Shown: positions 25,794 through 40,237, counted from the stretch's first letter. The stretch is 64,000 bases of DNA from Octopus sinensis (GCF_006345805.1 NC_043002.1:104408001-104472000), one strand, 5' to 3'. The notes: generated from the letters alone by a model not told the origin. Numbers and translations: made by a program.

Positions 25794-27009
25794 CGCATGC
25801 GTGTGTATGCCTGGGTTTCTTCCACTACATGCTCACATCTTCATAGGAACAAATTGCAGAAGGATTTATGTATAAATGTGCACATGTGTGCATGGTTTGA
25901 TATTGCGAATGATGTCTGTTCTTCTACGCAGACTGGTTTGGCTATTATTAAAATTCTCCAGAATTTTAATAATACTACATACTACAGAATAACTGTAGGG
26001 CGTTAATATGATGCTGTGACATGCATCCTTATTCAAGCTCTACATTTTATGTAAATGCTAACATGTAAATTACCGTTTGTGCTGAATTTAAAATTGTCCC
26101 CCAATACCCTCAACCCCGGTCGGGTTGACATACAAACGAAATAAATACTTGCATATCCACTTTTCTGGAGGTCTGCAACGACAGCACTCTATAACTTGAA
26201 GAATGCATCTAATTACAAAATTATTAATTAATTAATTACAACCAATTCATCTCCTTCGTGTTCGTCGCTAATTGGAGTTATGTACCGAATTTATTGACAC
26301 GCAAGGGGATGACAAACGGTTAATTAGCCACACTGAATGATGACAACAGCATAACACACTAAATTACATACAGAAAACTATTTTCACTAAAGGGTTGGCT
26401 GTCTGAGACTTAAGTAAATTATACTTTCGGCACGATTGTTTTTTCTTTATTCATTTATTATTTTTTTGTCAAGTACTTTTCTATAAATAGATCCAAGCTA
26501 AACTGGTGAGCTACGAGAGCGGGGAGGGGTAAGCGTAGTAAGCGTAGTATTGAAGAAACCTTCAATGAAAGCGATACACGCATCTTGGGTATTGCGAAAT
26601 GTATATAAAAAAGCGTAGATGAATGTAAATTAGAAAAATATGTTTGGAGGGTAGATGGCTCCGTCGTGTATAGTAAGGAACCCATACATATACGGGGAAT
26701 TGGGAGTGCGCGCGTACGATTGCGTGCATGTGTATATGCTTGTGTGTGTGTGTGTATGTGTGTGTGTATGTGTGTGTGTGTGTGTGTAAATAAATATATA
26801 CGTAATAGACATGTCATTTAGACGTCTGTCGATATAAGTGCTTTTTAAGTGAATGAGATTTAGTTATAAGGATGCGTTAGTGTATTTTTTGATAAGTACA
26901 CATACACAGGCAAACACAGATAGGGACATACTTACCTATACAAACATTTACACATCCACACTCATATATGCGCATGTAAATGCGTATGCATATATATATA
27001 TATATATAT

Positions 27010-27310
27010 ATAGTGAGAATTTACGAAACAACAAAAGACGAAGACGGGTGTGTAAACAACAAACAGATGTATTAGTTTAACGCTCGGAAAGTGAAAAAGT
27101 CGTTAATGTTTCGAACCTACGCTCTTCAACAGAAAAGAACACAGAAACAAACAGAGAGAGAAAATAAAAAAGGTTTAGTCGCCTAGCGATCTAACATGGC
27201 GAATGCCGGACAGAGGGGTCAGGCAGGAGAGCTAGGTAGAAGGTGATCACAAAACGAAGGTAGGCGTGCGTGTCTGCATGTGTAAGTGTGTGGTGTGGTG
27301 TGGTGGTGTT
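27010..27310 (-). mobile_element. family C copy with decayed hammerhead-like motif at 27101-27135
   Basis: Shares TTCGCCATG.TAGATC.CTAG and CTGTTGAAGAGCGTAGG.TCGAAAC with 13432-13605. Confidence 0.72.
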
Positions 27311-27376
27311 GGGGTATGTATATATGTCTATATGTATATAGACATATATATGTATATGTGTGTGTATGTCTGTATG

Positions 27377-27410
<34 letters not shown>

Positions 27411-28852
27411 TAAACACAAAGATAGATAGATAGATATATCTATGGTGGCTAATGCAGTAGTGTTTGAACACACTCTATAGATATGAATCACGACTCTCGA
27501 ATTATCTTGAATTACTGTTGGGGCTCGCTTCGATATCAGAAACACGTAAATATTTCCATGAGAATCGCTTACAGAAAAAGTCTTCCAGGCAAACCAAAGT
27601 ATGAAATAAATCAAACTGTTTCGTACCTCTTCGTTTGATAAATGAGAAGAATGCGACTCGAAAACTCACATGTATACGATGTGGAAGATCACAGCATTTA
27701 TTTAATATAACGCCAAACGAAAAGTGCCTAGATTAGCATTCAAATTGCTAGAAACAGCAGCCAAATGTATATTAAATGAGAATATGAGGTTATAAGAGAT
27801 AACGGTGTTATTGAAACCCAAATGTGTCAGGTAATCCTGAATAAGTGCTATAGATAGACCATAGTTAAGTTCCAGATTCGGTAATATTGCGAATAAAGGG
27901 TTCAGCGTTGGTTCTATGTCAGCGTGTGTATATATGCAATTTTTTCGTAATATGATAAAAAAAAACCCAACGCAGTATAGATATTAGAGCATTTATAGAT
28001 AGAAGGTCCTTACAGCTGTTTCCAGAATATTAATTAATAATAATATCGCTTCATCGGAAACGGTGTGAGAGGAAAAGTTAAGTCATACTAAAGGAGCATA
28101 ATATTACTAAATGAAGAGGTGATGTCATAGAGATGTGAGTTAACGCAAAGATAGAACAGGTATAGAGATTATGATCACATTTGAATGGATGGCAAACAAC
28201 AAAAGGAATCGCAAGAAAAAAAATATTGGTCATGTAAAAATTACTGCGATAAACATCTTTGTAGATGATAAGGCAATCACGCTGTGAGAGTTAAGTAGCA
28301 TACAGGCACATATGTCATGAAACACGGGGCTACATGTTCAATGATTCGAGACGGAACAGTATATATTTAACAGCTAGCTAGCAGATACAGCTACATAAAT
28401 AAAACGGAAGCTGTCAGAGCCGCGCGATGTGTGCGCGCATGCACGTCGAAGGCAATGTTTTCACTGTCAGTTTTCAGTCTACACGTGGATAAGTTCACTT
28501 CCTTTTGTCAATCAGCGTTAGAAATGTGGTAGCACAAAAGATCTACGAGTGTATGTGTGTAAGTTCGTACATCTGTGAGTGTGCGTGCGTCTATCCTTAT
28601 ATTTCAAACTGTGTGTGTATGTGTGTGTGTGATGTGTGTGTATGTATAGATTGGGAGGAAAAAATTATAGCGATCGATCGGTCCCTAGATAGATAGGTTG
28701 GTAGATACATAATCACGCGTGTCTATTAATTCGTATACATGTTCGGTTATAAACATTTACATTGAAGCTCGCGTAAGTAAATGCACCTCCATATACTACT
28801 GTTGCGTGATATAAATATATGTATATATACGCACACATACACACACTCACCA

Positions 28853-28897
<45 letters not shown>

Positions 28898-28923
28898 CAT
28901 AACTATTTATACATAGAGACAAG

Positions 28924-28956
<33 letters not shown>

Positions 28957-29204
28957 AAGATAGACAGACAGTTAGATAGATAGATACATACATAGATAGA
29001 GGATAGGTAGATAGATAGATAGATACATACATACATACATACATGCATACATACATACATACATTCATACATACATGAGTTTATTAGCCACACAAGGCTA
29101 ATAAGAGGGGACAAAATACAATGTAGAGCTTTTCTTTTCGCAAATAAAAAAAAGGGACAAAAATAAAATTCCGATGAGAAGGGATCGTGAGAATAACAAA
29201 AAGG

Positions 29205-29238
<34 letters not shown>

Positions 29239-29239
29239 T

Positions 29240-29292
<53 letters not shown>

Positions 29293-29768
29293 AAGATAGA
29301 TAGGGTTGAATGCACATGCGAATAAGTAGGCGGGATTAAAGTCTACATAATACAACATGTGGACTTGTGAATGTACGACGACGTGAAATATTTTCTCCAC
29401 GCCTTTCATAATTTTTTTTTTTAACATCAACTGCCACCATTCGCGTACGCACATGCGGCTGTGTACGTATGTTTGTATATGATTGTCTGTTTGTGTGTTT
29501 GTGTGTGAATATAAAGTTGAACAGATGCTGAAATCATTAAACGTATCAGTTTGGTAACCTAACACATGTCGTACTGCTTAGATGAAAATATAATACCTCA
29601 TGAATGAGGTTCTCGGCCACCCGCCCCGCCACCCCAATACTCGTCATTCTTGAATGTGATAAGTTGTGGTTGTGGTATGTAGGGAGAGGGCGGTGTATAT
29701 ATTTAAACAACAAAACACCAAAAACGTACGTTTGTACATATTTGCATTTATGTAAGTATTCCATTAAT

Positions 29769-29815
<47 letters not shown>

Positions 29816-29818
<3 letters not shown>

Positions 29819-30013
29819 GCAGGAGTGGTAATGTGGTGAGTACGTTGCTTACCAACCACATGTTTCAGGGTTCAGTCCCATTGTGTGGCACCTTGGGCAA
29901 GTGTATCCTACTATAGCCTCGGGCCGACCAAAGCCTTGTGAGTGGATTTGATAGACGGAAACTGAAAGAAGCCCGTCGTATATATATATATATAATATAT
30001 ATATATATGTAAG

Positions 30014-30051
<38 letters not shown>

Positions 30052-30240
30052 TGTGGTCCCCCCCCCCCCAATATTGCTTGACAACCGATACTGGTGTGTT
30101 CACGTCCCCGTAACTTAACGATAGACTAAGTACTAGGCTTCCAAGGAATAAGTCCTGGGGTCGATTAAATGCGGTGCTCCAGCATGGTCGCAGTCAAATG
30201 ACTAAAACCAGTAAAAGAATAGAAGAATAAAAGATTAAAA
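29816..30240 (+). mobile_element. SINE family B
   Basis: GGCGCAGGAGTGG..GGGTTCAGTCCC..GGCACCTTGGGCAAGTG, internal (TA)/(GT) tract, family B tail with small deletions. Confidence 0.92.
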
Positions 30241-31002
30241 GAATATATGTAGACAACTTCTAATATATATGTGTGTGTATATTTACTTATATGTATTTAT
30301 ACGTATATATATAATAATATGTATTTGTATGTGTAGCGGTATTTTGCTATATATATATACGCTTTTGTATATAAATTTGTGACCTATTATCATACAGTAA
30401 CATACGCACACACGACGCTCTGAATACGCATGCGCGAACATGTGTGTGTAAATATGCATATTTGTGTCTTAATGTGCAGTGGCGTAAACAAATATTGATG
30501 TTGCTATGTGCAGCAACTGTCAGGGATTTGTCAGCTTTTTATTATTTTTGGTTTTTGTTTATTGTTTATCAGTTTTTCTTTCAAATCATTTTCTGAAGGA
30601 CCTCCTGCTAACTTGATGTTGAATGGGGGTAATATGATAAAGCTATTAGATCTTGTGACAAACGAGGTAGATTGGGTGAAGGAAGGAAACGATAAAACAA
30701 TTCACACACAACATAAGACATACATAGATAGAGAGTCGCGTAGGTATATATATATATATCATATCATATACATATACATGTGTGCGTTTGTGTGAGTGTA
30801 ATGGAAAAGACAGTGAGAGCGTAATAGAGGGAGAGAAATAGAGGAACGTGTGAGATGTTTGCTTATGTAATACATCAACGTCTAAATCAAAGCCGAAACA
30901 AATGTGTTGAAAACAACGTTGGATGTAGTAAAGTGACAAGGAATGGCTAAATGTTGAAAATGATTAACAGAAAATATTTGCTTAGCTTATGTAGTATAAC
31001 AC

Positions 31003-31044
<42 letters not shown>

Positions 31045-31472
31045 TGTAGCCTAAATTTAATTATTTATAGAAATAATTAATGAAACAGATCTTTATGTTT
31101 GTGATTGTGACCTTAATCTGTTTTATTTATGTTAGTGCTGTTGTCACGCACTGCCATCTGCTAGAGGCAGCAGATCGTTTGTTATATCGCATGGAATATT
31201 CTAACCGCAGGAAACTTGTAAACAAAAAACAAAACAAAAAACAAAAAAAAACAACAGCAGCGAAAGACACGATGTTGATGGTTTGTGTATTAATGTTCTA
31301 CCTGATGTTAAACTATAACAATTAGTCTCACCTAGATTGCGAGCACGCAGGTAATTAATCCAACACCCATCTCCATTGAAATAAACTCTATGATTAAATA
31401 GGTTTTGCAAACCAAGTGTTTCATTCCTTAATCGACAAATACTTTCGTTTAAACCGGTTGTATACTGTCAAC

Positions 31473-31859
31473 AAGGAGGCGCAATGGCCCAGTGGTTAGG
31501 GCAGCGGACTCGCGGTCATAGGATCGCGGTTTCGATTGCAAGACCGGGCGTTGTGAGTGTTTATTAAGCGAAAACACCTAAAGCTCCACGAGTCTCCGGC
31601 AGGGGATGGTGGTGATCCCTGCTGTACTCTTTCACCACAACTTTCTCTCATGCTTACTTCCTGTTTCTGTTGTACCTCTATTTCAAAGGGCCGGCCTTGT
31701 CACTCTCTGTGTCACGCTGAATATCTCCGAGAACTACATTAAGGGTACACGTGCCTGTTGAGTGCTCAGTCACTTGCACGTTAATTTCACGAGCAGGCTG
31801 TTCCGTTGATTCGGATCAACCGGAACCCTCGTCGTCGGAACCGACGGAGTGCTTCCATA
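31473..31859 (+). mobile_element. SINE family D, full length, 11-bp TSD
   Basis: TSD ATACTGTCAAC at 31462-31472 and 31860-31870. Confidence 0.93.
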
Positions 31860-32094
31860 ATACTGTCAACTTAACGTGACAGTCCCATAGACGGAATTAC
31901 ACCACCGCTATTTAGCCCTAGAAAGCATCAACGCTTTCCGTCGGCCTTGACACATATCCTGTGTCCTTATGTTTACAAAGGGGTGACTTTCGTTTATGTC
32001 TCCTTTAAAGCTACAATATTTAAAGTAAAATATTTAACGGGGTGTGATACCTTTATTCTGCGATTGCATAGATAAAGGAAGAAAACTGGATCTC

Positions 32095-32260
32095 TGTCAG
32101 TTACGACGACGGGGTTTTCACTTGCTCGCATCAGTGGAACAGTCTGTTTGTTGAATGATCGTACAACTGGCTGAGTACACCACAGACACGCGTTCTTTTA
32201 ACGTAGTTCTCAGAGAGATTCAGCGTGATGCAAAATGAGACAAGACATACCCTTTAAATG
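32095..32260 (-). mobile_element. old family D-related SINE 3' fragment
   Basis: GTTACGACGACGGGGTT..GGCTGAGTACACCACAGACACGCGT..TTAACGTAGTTCTC matches the reverse complement of the D tail. Confidence 0.65.
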
Positions 32261-32972
32261 ACAGGTACATTTCACTTTTGTCTGCTTGGTAGACAGGAGC
32301 AACGTGATACTGCGCACCGTCAATAATCGAACTCAAAACCATTCAGTCATGAGCCGAATACCCTACAATCTAACCCATGTGCCTTCATGATCACGTAGAT
32401 ATCTCCTCGTTGAATCGCCATTTCGCATTTCTTGTGGTTGTTATAAAGTTTTATAAGTCGTTGGTAGACGTCAGTAGGACAACCATTCGGTGGAATTAGA
32501 ATTTGAAGTTGTATTCTCCAGTAAAATTGCGATGTGTCAATAAAGTTCATTGTAATAACGGTGTAATTTCAGGTATTGACAATGTTTTCAGCAACTGGTA
32601 GCTTTGCATATTGGTAGAATATCTGATGACGATAAAATAACCTTTTTGCTCGCAATATGATCCTCTCCTTTTTTACTAGGGCTAAAAGACATAGCAAATA
32701 AATCCACGTCCACCATGCCATGTTGTCTTAAAATATGCTATGAACGATTTAATGTGTATATTGAAAGCCTATGTTTAAGTAATATGTGTGTGACGGTATG
32801 GCTGCGATGTATTTCATAAGTTCCATGAAATATTAAGACTAACCATGAGATAACCAGCCATAACTAAAGAAAACTGCAACAAACGTAACATAAAAATCAA
32901 TTCACTTGACTAGTTAGAAGTTGCGTTCATTTACGACTTTATTATCTAATAAATCCCGAGGTCAGCATTAGA

Positions 32973-33232
32973 TATCTATTTCTTTACTACCTACAAGGGG
33001 CTAAACACAGAGAGGATCAACAAGGACAGAAAAACAAGGACAGACATAGGTATTAAGTCGATTATATCGACCCCCCCCCCCCACCAATGCGTAACCGGTA
33101 CTTATTTAATCGACCCCGAAATGATGAAAGGCAAAGTCGACCTCGGTGGAATTTGAACTCACAACGTAACCTCAGACGAAATACCGCAAAGCATTTCGCC
33201 CGGCGTACTAACGTTTCTGCCAGCTCGCCGCC
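32973..33232 (-). mobile_element. SINE family A, full length
   Basis: Head GGCGGCGAGCTGGCAGAAACGTTAG; contains a small internal duplication and a poly-C insertion. Confidence 0.92.
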
Positions 33233-33855
33233 TTATGTTGTAGTCTACCTATGAACACAATAGACTTTTCAAAGAATCACGAGGTAGAATCGATCCAAGA
33301 CCACACAGTTTCCAAGTTAACTGCTCATCAGAACATCAACTATAGTCATTAATAACAAACGAAATCTCTCATGAATTGCAGATATATTTCAGTATTCAGA
33401 AGGGTAGGGGGGATATCTCAGACTGATGGATAGTCCGTCTAAATTTAGGAGCGCCATCTAGTAGCGATAAATAGAAACATAATTAATCATTTATTCTAGA
33501 AAGTCGATTAGCAACAGTGTAAATGATATTCAAATAAACACCTAAGCTTTCGGATTAATGTGACGAGATTACAGGAACAAATTTGCCTACTATAATAATT
33601 GAAAATCTGTTAAAAGCGCCATCGCATATGTCTCACCAAGCGCTGAACTAAACTATTTACTAAATGATTCAACCATCACCGTTTACAAAATTCAGACAAC
33701 GTTCATTGGGAATCATTGCAGATTAGATGTTGCTGTTGTTATCACTATTGCAATTGTGTTTTTTTTTTAGTGGGGGGTGGGGGGATTTGATATCATTCAT
33801 AATCTTCTCCTTATAAATCATCAAAAAGAAAACTACGTCTTTTCTAGTCTGTCTG

Positions 33856-33907
<52 letters not shown>

Positions 33908-33958
33908 CTATCTATCTATCTATTTATCTATCTATCTATTTATCTGCCTGTCTATTAA

Positions 33959-34042
<84 letters not shown>

Positions 34043-34060
34043 ATATATACATACATATAT

Positions 34061-34312
34061 TTGTTACGGGGATGTAACACACCAACATCAAACACATACA
34101 CAAACACACTCACAAACACGCTCATATATATATATATATATATATACAGGACGGGCTACTTTCAGTTTCCATCTATCAAATCCACCTACAAAGCTCTGGT
34201 CGGCCCGAGGCTGTAGTAGAAGATTACTTGCCCTAGGTGCAACGCAGCAGGAATAAACCTCGAACCATGTGGTTGGGAAGCAAGCGTCTTACCACTCAGC
34301 CACGCCTGCGCC
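34061..34312 (-). mobile_element. SINE family B, 3'-truncated
   Basis: Head GGCGCAGGCGTGGCTGAGTGGTAAG, core and internal microsatellite present; tail missing. Confidence 0.85.
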
Positions 34313-34331
34313 CACCCTCAAGCAATAGAAA

Positions 34332-34342
34332 CTACTACTACG

Positions 34343-34392
<50 letters not shown>

Positions 34393-34411
34393 CACTACTA
34401 CTACTACTACT
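34332..34411. repeat. (ACT)n microsatellite
   Basis: Directly visible. Confidence 0.97.
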
Positions 34412-34429
34412 ATCCCCCTACCATTTCCT

Positions 34430-35894
34430 TTGTACTATCGGAACACCAACAAAATCAAGAAATCGTAGCCCTAAAATCTGCCGTTACTCCCAGCGTGAGA
34501 GAGTATGTTTACAGAAAATTTGTAATTTTACGCATCTTCCTGGGACTCTCCGTGCCATGAAAAACAATACTCCCAGCCATCACCAAAATCTACTCCAGAA
34601 ATATCCACCCTGTTGCAGCAGCACTGGTGCGCACCTTTGCCACAAACTTGGTTACCAGCACACTCCCAAAATTGGTTACAAGCACACTCCCAAACCGAAC
34701 ACAAACAAAAGTAAAAACAAAAACAAAACTAATGGCACGACTTTCCCCAACAGCTCTGGAGACTGGAGAACAACCATCGAAGCAGTAGAAGTAACCGGCA
34801 TAACTGTGAATGCAAACACAACTCCAGCCACGAAGTTCTTAATCAGGTTACTTCATCTTTCTTATCCATGCGGAACCTAGCCAAAGAGATCCAGAAGAGT
34901 ATCCTGGCTATCACACGGAACCAAACTCCTGCCGCTACCTCAGTGCAAAACCTATCCTCCTCAATATCATTAACCCATAAATCTCTACAGAGGCCTCTAA
35001 AGAAGTCTAACCAGGTCACTACTCTAGTCTCAACATTCTTACTCAATGTACAAGGCACGCTGCGCACCTTTCCATGCAAAGAGATGGAAAATCCAAATCA
35101 TTGAGGACTGGGTTATACTCATCACATTCCCTTCTTCATCCTTACTGAAATCTATTTTGACAACTCCCGACGATATCTTAGGCTGGAGTATCCACATAAG
35201 CAAGAAAGTCGATATGGCCTGCAGGGCGTGCTGCTGGACCCTCAGGACTTTCCAGTCTAGATGTTATCCAACATTATCCTTCTTTTTTCTATCTTCGCCC
35301 ACTCTCACCTTGAATACTGCTGTCCGCTATAGTCTCCCTGAACGGGTCAGTATATCAAAAAACTTGAAGCACCCCAGAGGTCAATTACAAAAGAAAAATT
35401 CACGGCATATCTGGTCTTAATTACTGGGATCGACTCGCGCCATTCAAACTGTACCACCGAGAGCGCTTTATTATTTGTATGATGTAGAAATTGTTCCGAC
35501 AGTATTGCCCAAATGATATCGGTATCACTTTTAAAATCCACCCAAGGTTTGTGCTCCGTGCCATACGTCATCTACAGAAATCGTGCTCTCAGCACATCAC
35601 AACACTAAGACAGAAAAAACTTCTCCTCGACTGGACCTGCTCTTTTTTATTCCAAAACATATAAAGGAGGAAACAAATTTCATAACCTTGAAAAAGTTCG
35701 TGAAAGAATATCTCCAACAAATTCCAGATAAACCACCTACACCCGGATATACTGCTGCAAACAACAGTTCTTTAATCGAATGAGCCATGGTGCCTAAAAA
35801 TAACTATACAAAAATACATTACTAATTGTCTTTTCCAGGTGATGCTATTAAGTTAGCTATCGCTGGGCCAATGTGGCCCCGAAACCTATGTAAG

Positions 35895-35900
<6 letters not shown>
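34430..35900 (+). pseudogene. internally deleted CR1/L2-group LINE (ORF1 remnant, start of APE, ORF2 C-terminus, 3' UTR)
   Basis: Hand translation: KICRYSQRERVCLQKICNFTHLPGTLR (CCCH-like ORF1); TFLLNVQG (APE start); WSIHISKKVDMACRACCWTLRTF; GLNYWDRL..CPNDIGITFKIHPR; LQQIPDKPPTPGYTAANNSSL. Confidence 0.75.
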
Positions 35901-35927
<27 letters not shown>

Positions 35928-36094
35928 CATATCATAAGTGTTGAGCAAACCTTTAAGAATTTTAATAAATACCCACAGAATATACCTCTGTCTAGGTTGA
36001 TTAAACGAAATGAATAATAAAATATGTCACCGGCCTGATTCGAAGGGTATTTCATTCATTATACACACACACACACACACACACATACACACAG

Positions 36095-36125
<31 letters not shown>

Positions 36126-36134
36126 GTAAAGTTA

Positions 36135-36335
36135 ATCCAAACAAAAAAAACAAAAAAAAAACAAAAAAAACACAACAACGCGACGACGTGGAACAAATAA
36201 AGTATTATTGGACGCTCAGGAAGGAAGGGAAGAAGGAGGGTTTTAACGTTTCCGAGCGGAGCTCTTCGTCGGAAACATAGGAGAAGGAAAGATCCCGAGA
36301 AGGGAAGACAGAGGAAAAACATCGCCAGCGGTAAT
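36135..36335 (-). mobile_element. family G copy with hammerhead-like motif at 36240-36276
   Basis: Minus strand GUUU-CCGACGA-A-GAGC-UCC-GCUC-G-GAAAC-GUU^-AAAAC. Confidence 0.7.
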
Positions 36336-36626
36336 TACGAGCGACCAAAGATTGGACCAGGCCATGTCGAACTTAATAGCACCTCCTGATAGGATCATCT
36401 AAATCCTATTTAAGTCAAGATTTGTGGTATCATGTTACTATAATGCACATGTGATACTATATACGAGAACATACATAAAGAAACATGATATACGAGGATA
36501 AAATTATTTTGTAATTGATTTAAAATCTGTGTTGATTTTGAACACAAACACACACAGCTGCGCACGCACGCCCCTTCCACTCACGTATGATATATAATAA
36601 AGCATAGCGACATACACGCATGTATA

Positions 36627-36658
<32 letters not shown>

Positions 36659-36688
36659 CATATATATATATTATATTATATATATATA

Positions 36689-36733
<45 letters not shown>

Positions 36734-37136
36734 TATGTACGAGTATATGCGTATGTTGGGGTGTGTAGATGTCTCTTAGTGTGATGGTTCATTAACTAAT
36801 TTTTTATGAGCGAATACTACTCATTAACACGTAGGGTAATGTTTTACTAGTATATGTGTGTACATGTATATTTATACATAGATATATATATATATACACA
36901 AACTTCTATATGTATATATATATACACAAAAACACACACACACACATGCATATCGCCGTACATTGATGTATACACACATTCGTACATACTGAGAAGCTTG
37001 CATTCATAGTTATTGACATGCATCTATCTATAATTGTGTATACGCTTTTATATGTATGTATGTATACATATATACATATACATATATCTCTAGGGGAATT
37101 TCATTTGGTGTTTTTGTGTATGTGCGTGTGTGTGCA

Positions 37137-37167
<31 letters not shown>

Positions 37168-37847
37168 CATTAATCCAGATATACGAAGTTTGTGTCAGTG
37201 ATTTTATTTCGTTATTGGAATATTTCTGGCACACGAAACGATATCTTTAATTATACCAAAGTCAATTTATTTAATTCAGTGCAAATATTAATTTTGGACA
37301 TTAAATTATTCATAGATTTTTCTCTTGCCGTATTTTACCGGTACAAAATCGAGAATTATTATTTCATTAGAAAAGACTAGAAATGAAAAAAAAAAATAAA
37401 AGCATTACATAAAACATACAATATTAATAATTATTATTATTAGATTTGAATATTTAAGATATTTTAAAACCTAATCAAATTGAATTTGATGCGAAAGTTT
37501 GTAAAAATAGCAAAGAATAAAATAATATTGGTAAGTTGACAAGTTTGTTACGATGGCAAATTCTCATTTGCAACAATTTCTTCTTCAGAGAAATATTTCC
37601 TTCACAATGATTATTATCGATCAAAGAAGGATATGTGCCAAACTGAGATCTCAAAGACAGGTAACCCAAATACTAGAATCGAGGAAAATTATTTGCAGTA
37701 TTTATTATTATTGTTTTGTTTTCGTTAGTAGCCACTAAACTCCTATCTGTGGCTACATGGAATGCAGTGAGAGGAAGACAGGTCTTTTAAAAACTGAGTT
37801 GTACGAAAGTATTGTCCATAATTGAATAATTATGAATTTAATTGAAA

Positions 37848-38242
37848 TCTCTCTCTATATATAAAGCTGAAGTTGTCTGTGTATGGCAGGTTTGGTAGCC
37901 TTCAATTAACACTATCTCCTCCGAGACCCTGCGGCGCAAGTTGACCAAAATTGAGAGTATGATAGAAGAAGGCTTGCTCTTTCTTCCATAGAAGAAAAAT
38001 TTTAAATCGGAACATGTTAACACCAAAAATTATTTACATCAAAAAGGTGCTTATTTTCTATGAAAATCTCTATTTCATTACGATTTCTTGACTGCTGTGT
38101 CGCCATTTTTCGGTGTATTTCAACCAGAACAATGTTCACTTAAATTGAATAACAATCTACATAATGCAAAATTTTTACTTTTCAAAAATTCAAATTCTAA
38201 AGGGTCGAAACAAACCCGAGCAACGCCGGGCGATACTGCTAG
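37848..38242 (+). mobile_element. non-autonomous Helitron, copy 2
   Basis: A|TCTCTCTCTATATATAAAG start; CCCG-AGCAACGC-CGGG hairpin, then CGATACTG-CTAG|T end. Confidence 0.85.
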
Positions 38243-38816
38243 TGAAGAATACGCGTAACAACAGCATGTTTTCATAGTGTTACGTTCAGTGATCGTTTCA
38301 ATAAACCCGTCATTACACACAACAATACATTTGATGTAACCGTTTCACTGCGATCATTATTCCATTAATGTTGTTAAATATTTAGCAAAAAGTAAAAGTC
38401 ACGCTGTCCCACAAAGCTTGATAGATCTCATGAAATATAGTTTGATATATGACATTTTCAAACAAATGACAGATTGGAATATAAATCTGATTTCTGGAGT
38501 GAAGAGTACTGAAGATTAGAACGAAAATGCCTTATTTCTCCATTTAAAAAGTCACAACAACCACAAATATATTACATGTTGGGCTGGTATTGCAACGACA
38601 AACTGAAAAGAGATTAATCATATTGCAGAGATATTGTCACTAAAATCTCAGAAATATCGTACAACACAATTAGTAACGGAGTATCTGAAAGTAGTTGCCC
38701 AGTCGCCAAGATCCATAAGACCGAAAACCTGGAATATCTACAGAACTCTGTGTGTGCGCGTGTGTGTGCGTGTGTGTATATCTGTGTGTCTGTGTGTATA
38801 TCTATATGTGTATATA

Positions 38817-38991
38817 GGGAATGCGAGACTAATGACCGGCAGCAGGGCTCAATATACATTGCTTAAGAAGGAAGCGAGAGTTGAATACAGAGAGATGATA
38901 AGAGCACGAGATAATTAAGAATTAAACAATTATCTAGTGAACTTCATTAGCTCACAGCTGTTTCTGCTATAGAAATACAGTGGGTTCATAG
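38817..38991 (+). repeat. unclassified dispersed repeat (second copy at 44341-44513)
   Basis: Shared blocks GGGAATG..TGACCGG..TGCTTAAG..AGCGAGAGT..TACAGAG and TAGTGAACTTCATTAGCT..CTGTTTCT..CAGTGG.TTCATAG. Confidence 0.7.
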
Positions 38992-39489
38992 CTGACAGAG
39001 CACTACGTAAGCACGCATACATTTAACGTAGTTCTGAGGCAGATTTTGCTTGAAACTGAATGTGACAAGGCTGGTCCTTGAAATACAGGCACCAGTCATT
39101 GTTTTTTTACAACGTGTGTGGGCTGCAGAAACATAAAGTAAAGTTCGAGGCTGGAGGGCACAATGTACCGCCAGCAATCTAACTCACGTCTTTATGATGT
39201 TGAGCCGACTACCCTGACCACAGAGTCACGCTCTTTTACACTCACACACACGCGCACACACACATACATATGCATAAATATATAATATATATATGAGTGT
39301 GTGTGTGTGTATGTATCTGTTTTGTTTAACTAGGTGTGCAAATTTATATTTTGTGTACAAAAGCCCTCACGAGCTTAAAATACACTCTCGCACATAAAAC
39401 CGCGTGCACACGCATGCGCAAAGCTACACACTACTACGCACGGCTGACTCCCGGAAAATAGAAAATTCATCGAGCATTCTCATTACATA

Positions 39490-39690
39490 TTAGCTTCAAA
39501 TTTTGGCACAAGGCCAGTAAATTCGTGTTTCGAGGTAACACGATTACATCAATTCCAGTGATTTTTCGATCTCAAAATGATGAAAAAGCAAAGTCGACCC
39601 TGGTAGAATTTCAACTCAAAATGGGTGAAATGCCGCTAAGCATTTTGTCGAGTGTACTGAAAATTCTACCAGATCCTCGCCTTATTGTCG
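39490..39690 (-). mobile_element. old family A-related SINE
   Basis: AAAGCAAAGTCGACCCTGGTAGAATTTCAACTC..GAAATGCCGCTAAGCATTTTG matches the reverse complement of the family A head and core. Confidence 0.65.
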
Positions 39691-40126
39691 TCAAATATTA
39701 CTGGTACTTACCAAAGATGAGAGCCTCAGAAGATGTGAATGTTTGTATGAAAGCACTGCACACAACTGATTTTAATGAGCATCTAGAAATTGCCGTAAGC
39801 AAGTACCAGAGTTTCCATTAGCGATTCCAAGGATATTTACTTACGTATCGAGGTTAAACAAATGTGAAGGACAACTTAGATTCTCCTCTATTTCATAAAC
39901 GGTATGAAATTCCTGTCTGTGAGGAATCACTTTGACTCTCAGCATTCTTCCAACAATCCTTGTTTTCTAAATGTATATATTTGCACTCTCTTCTGTATAA
40001 ATCGCTTGTTGCACCGCAGTCATGCATTTAAATACATTCAGACATACACATAATACATACATAAGATAACGTCGTTATCTAACTATCTATCTATCAATCA
40101 ATCTATCTATCTATATATATATATAT

Positions 40127-40164
<38 letters not shown>

Positions 40165-40204
40165 TATCTCATATTGTTATCTTACCGTTTTTACCAATAT
40201 ATAT

Positions 40205-40237
<33 letters not shown>

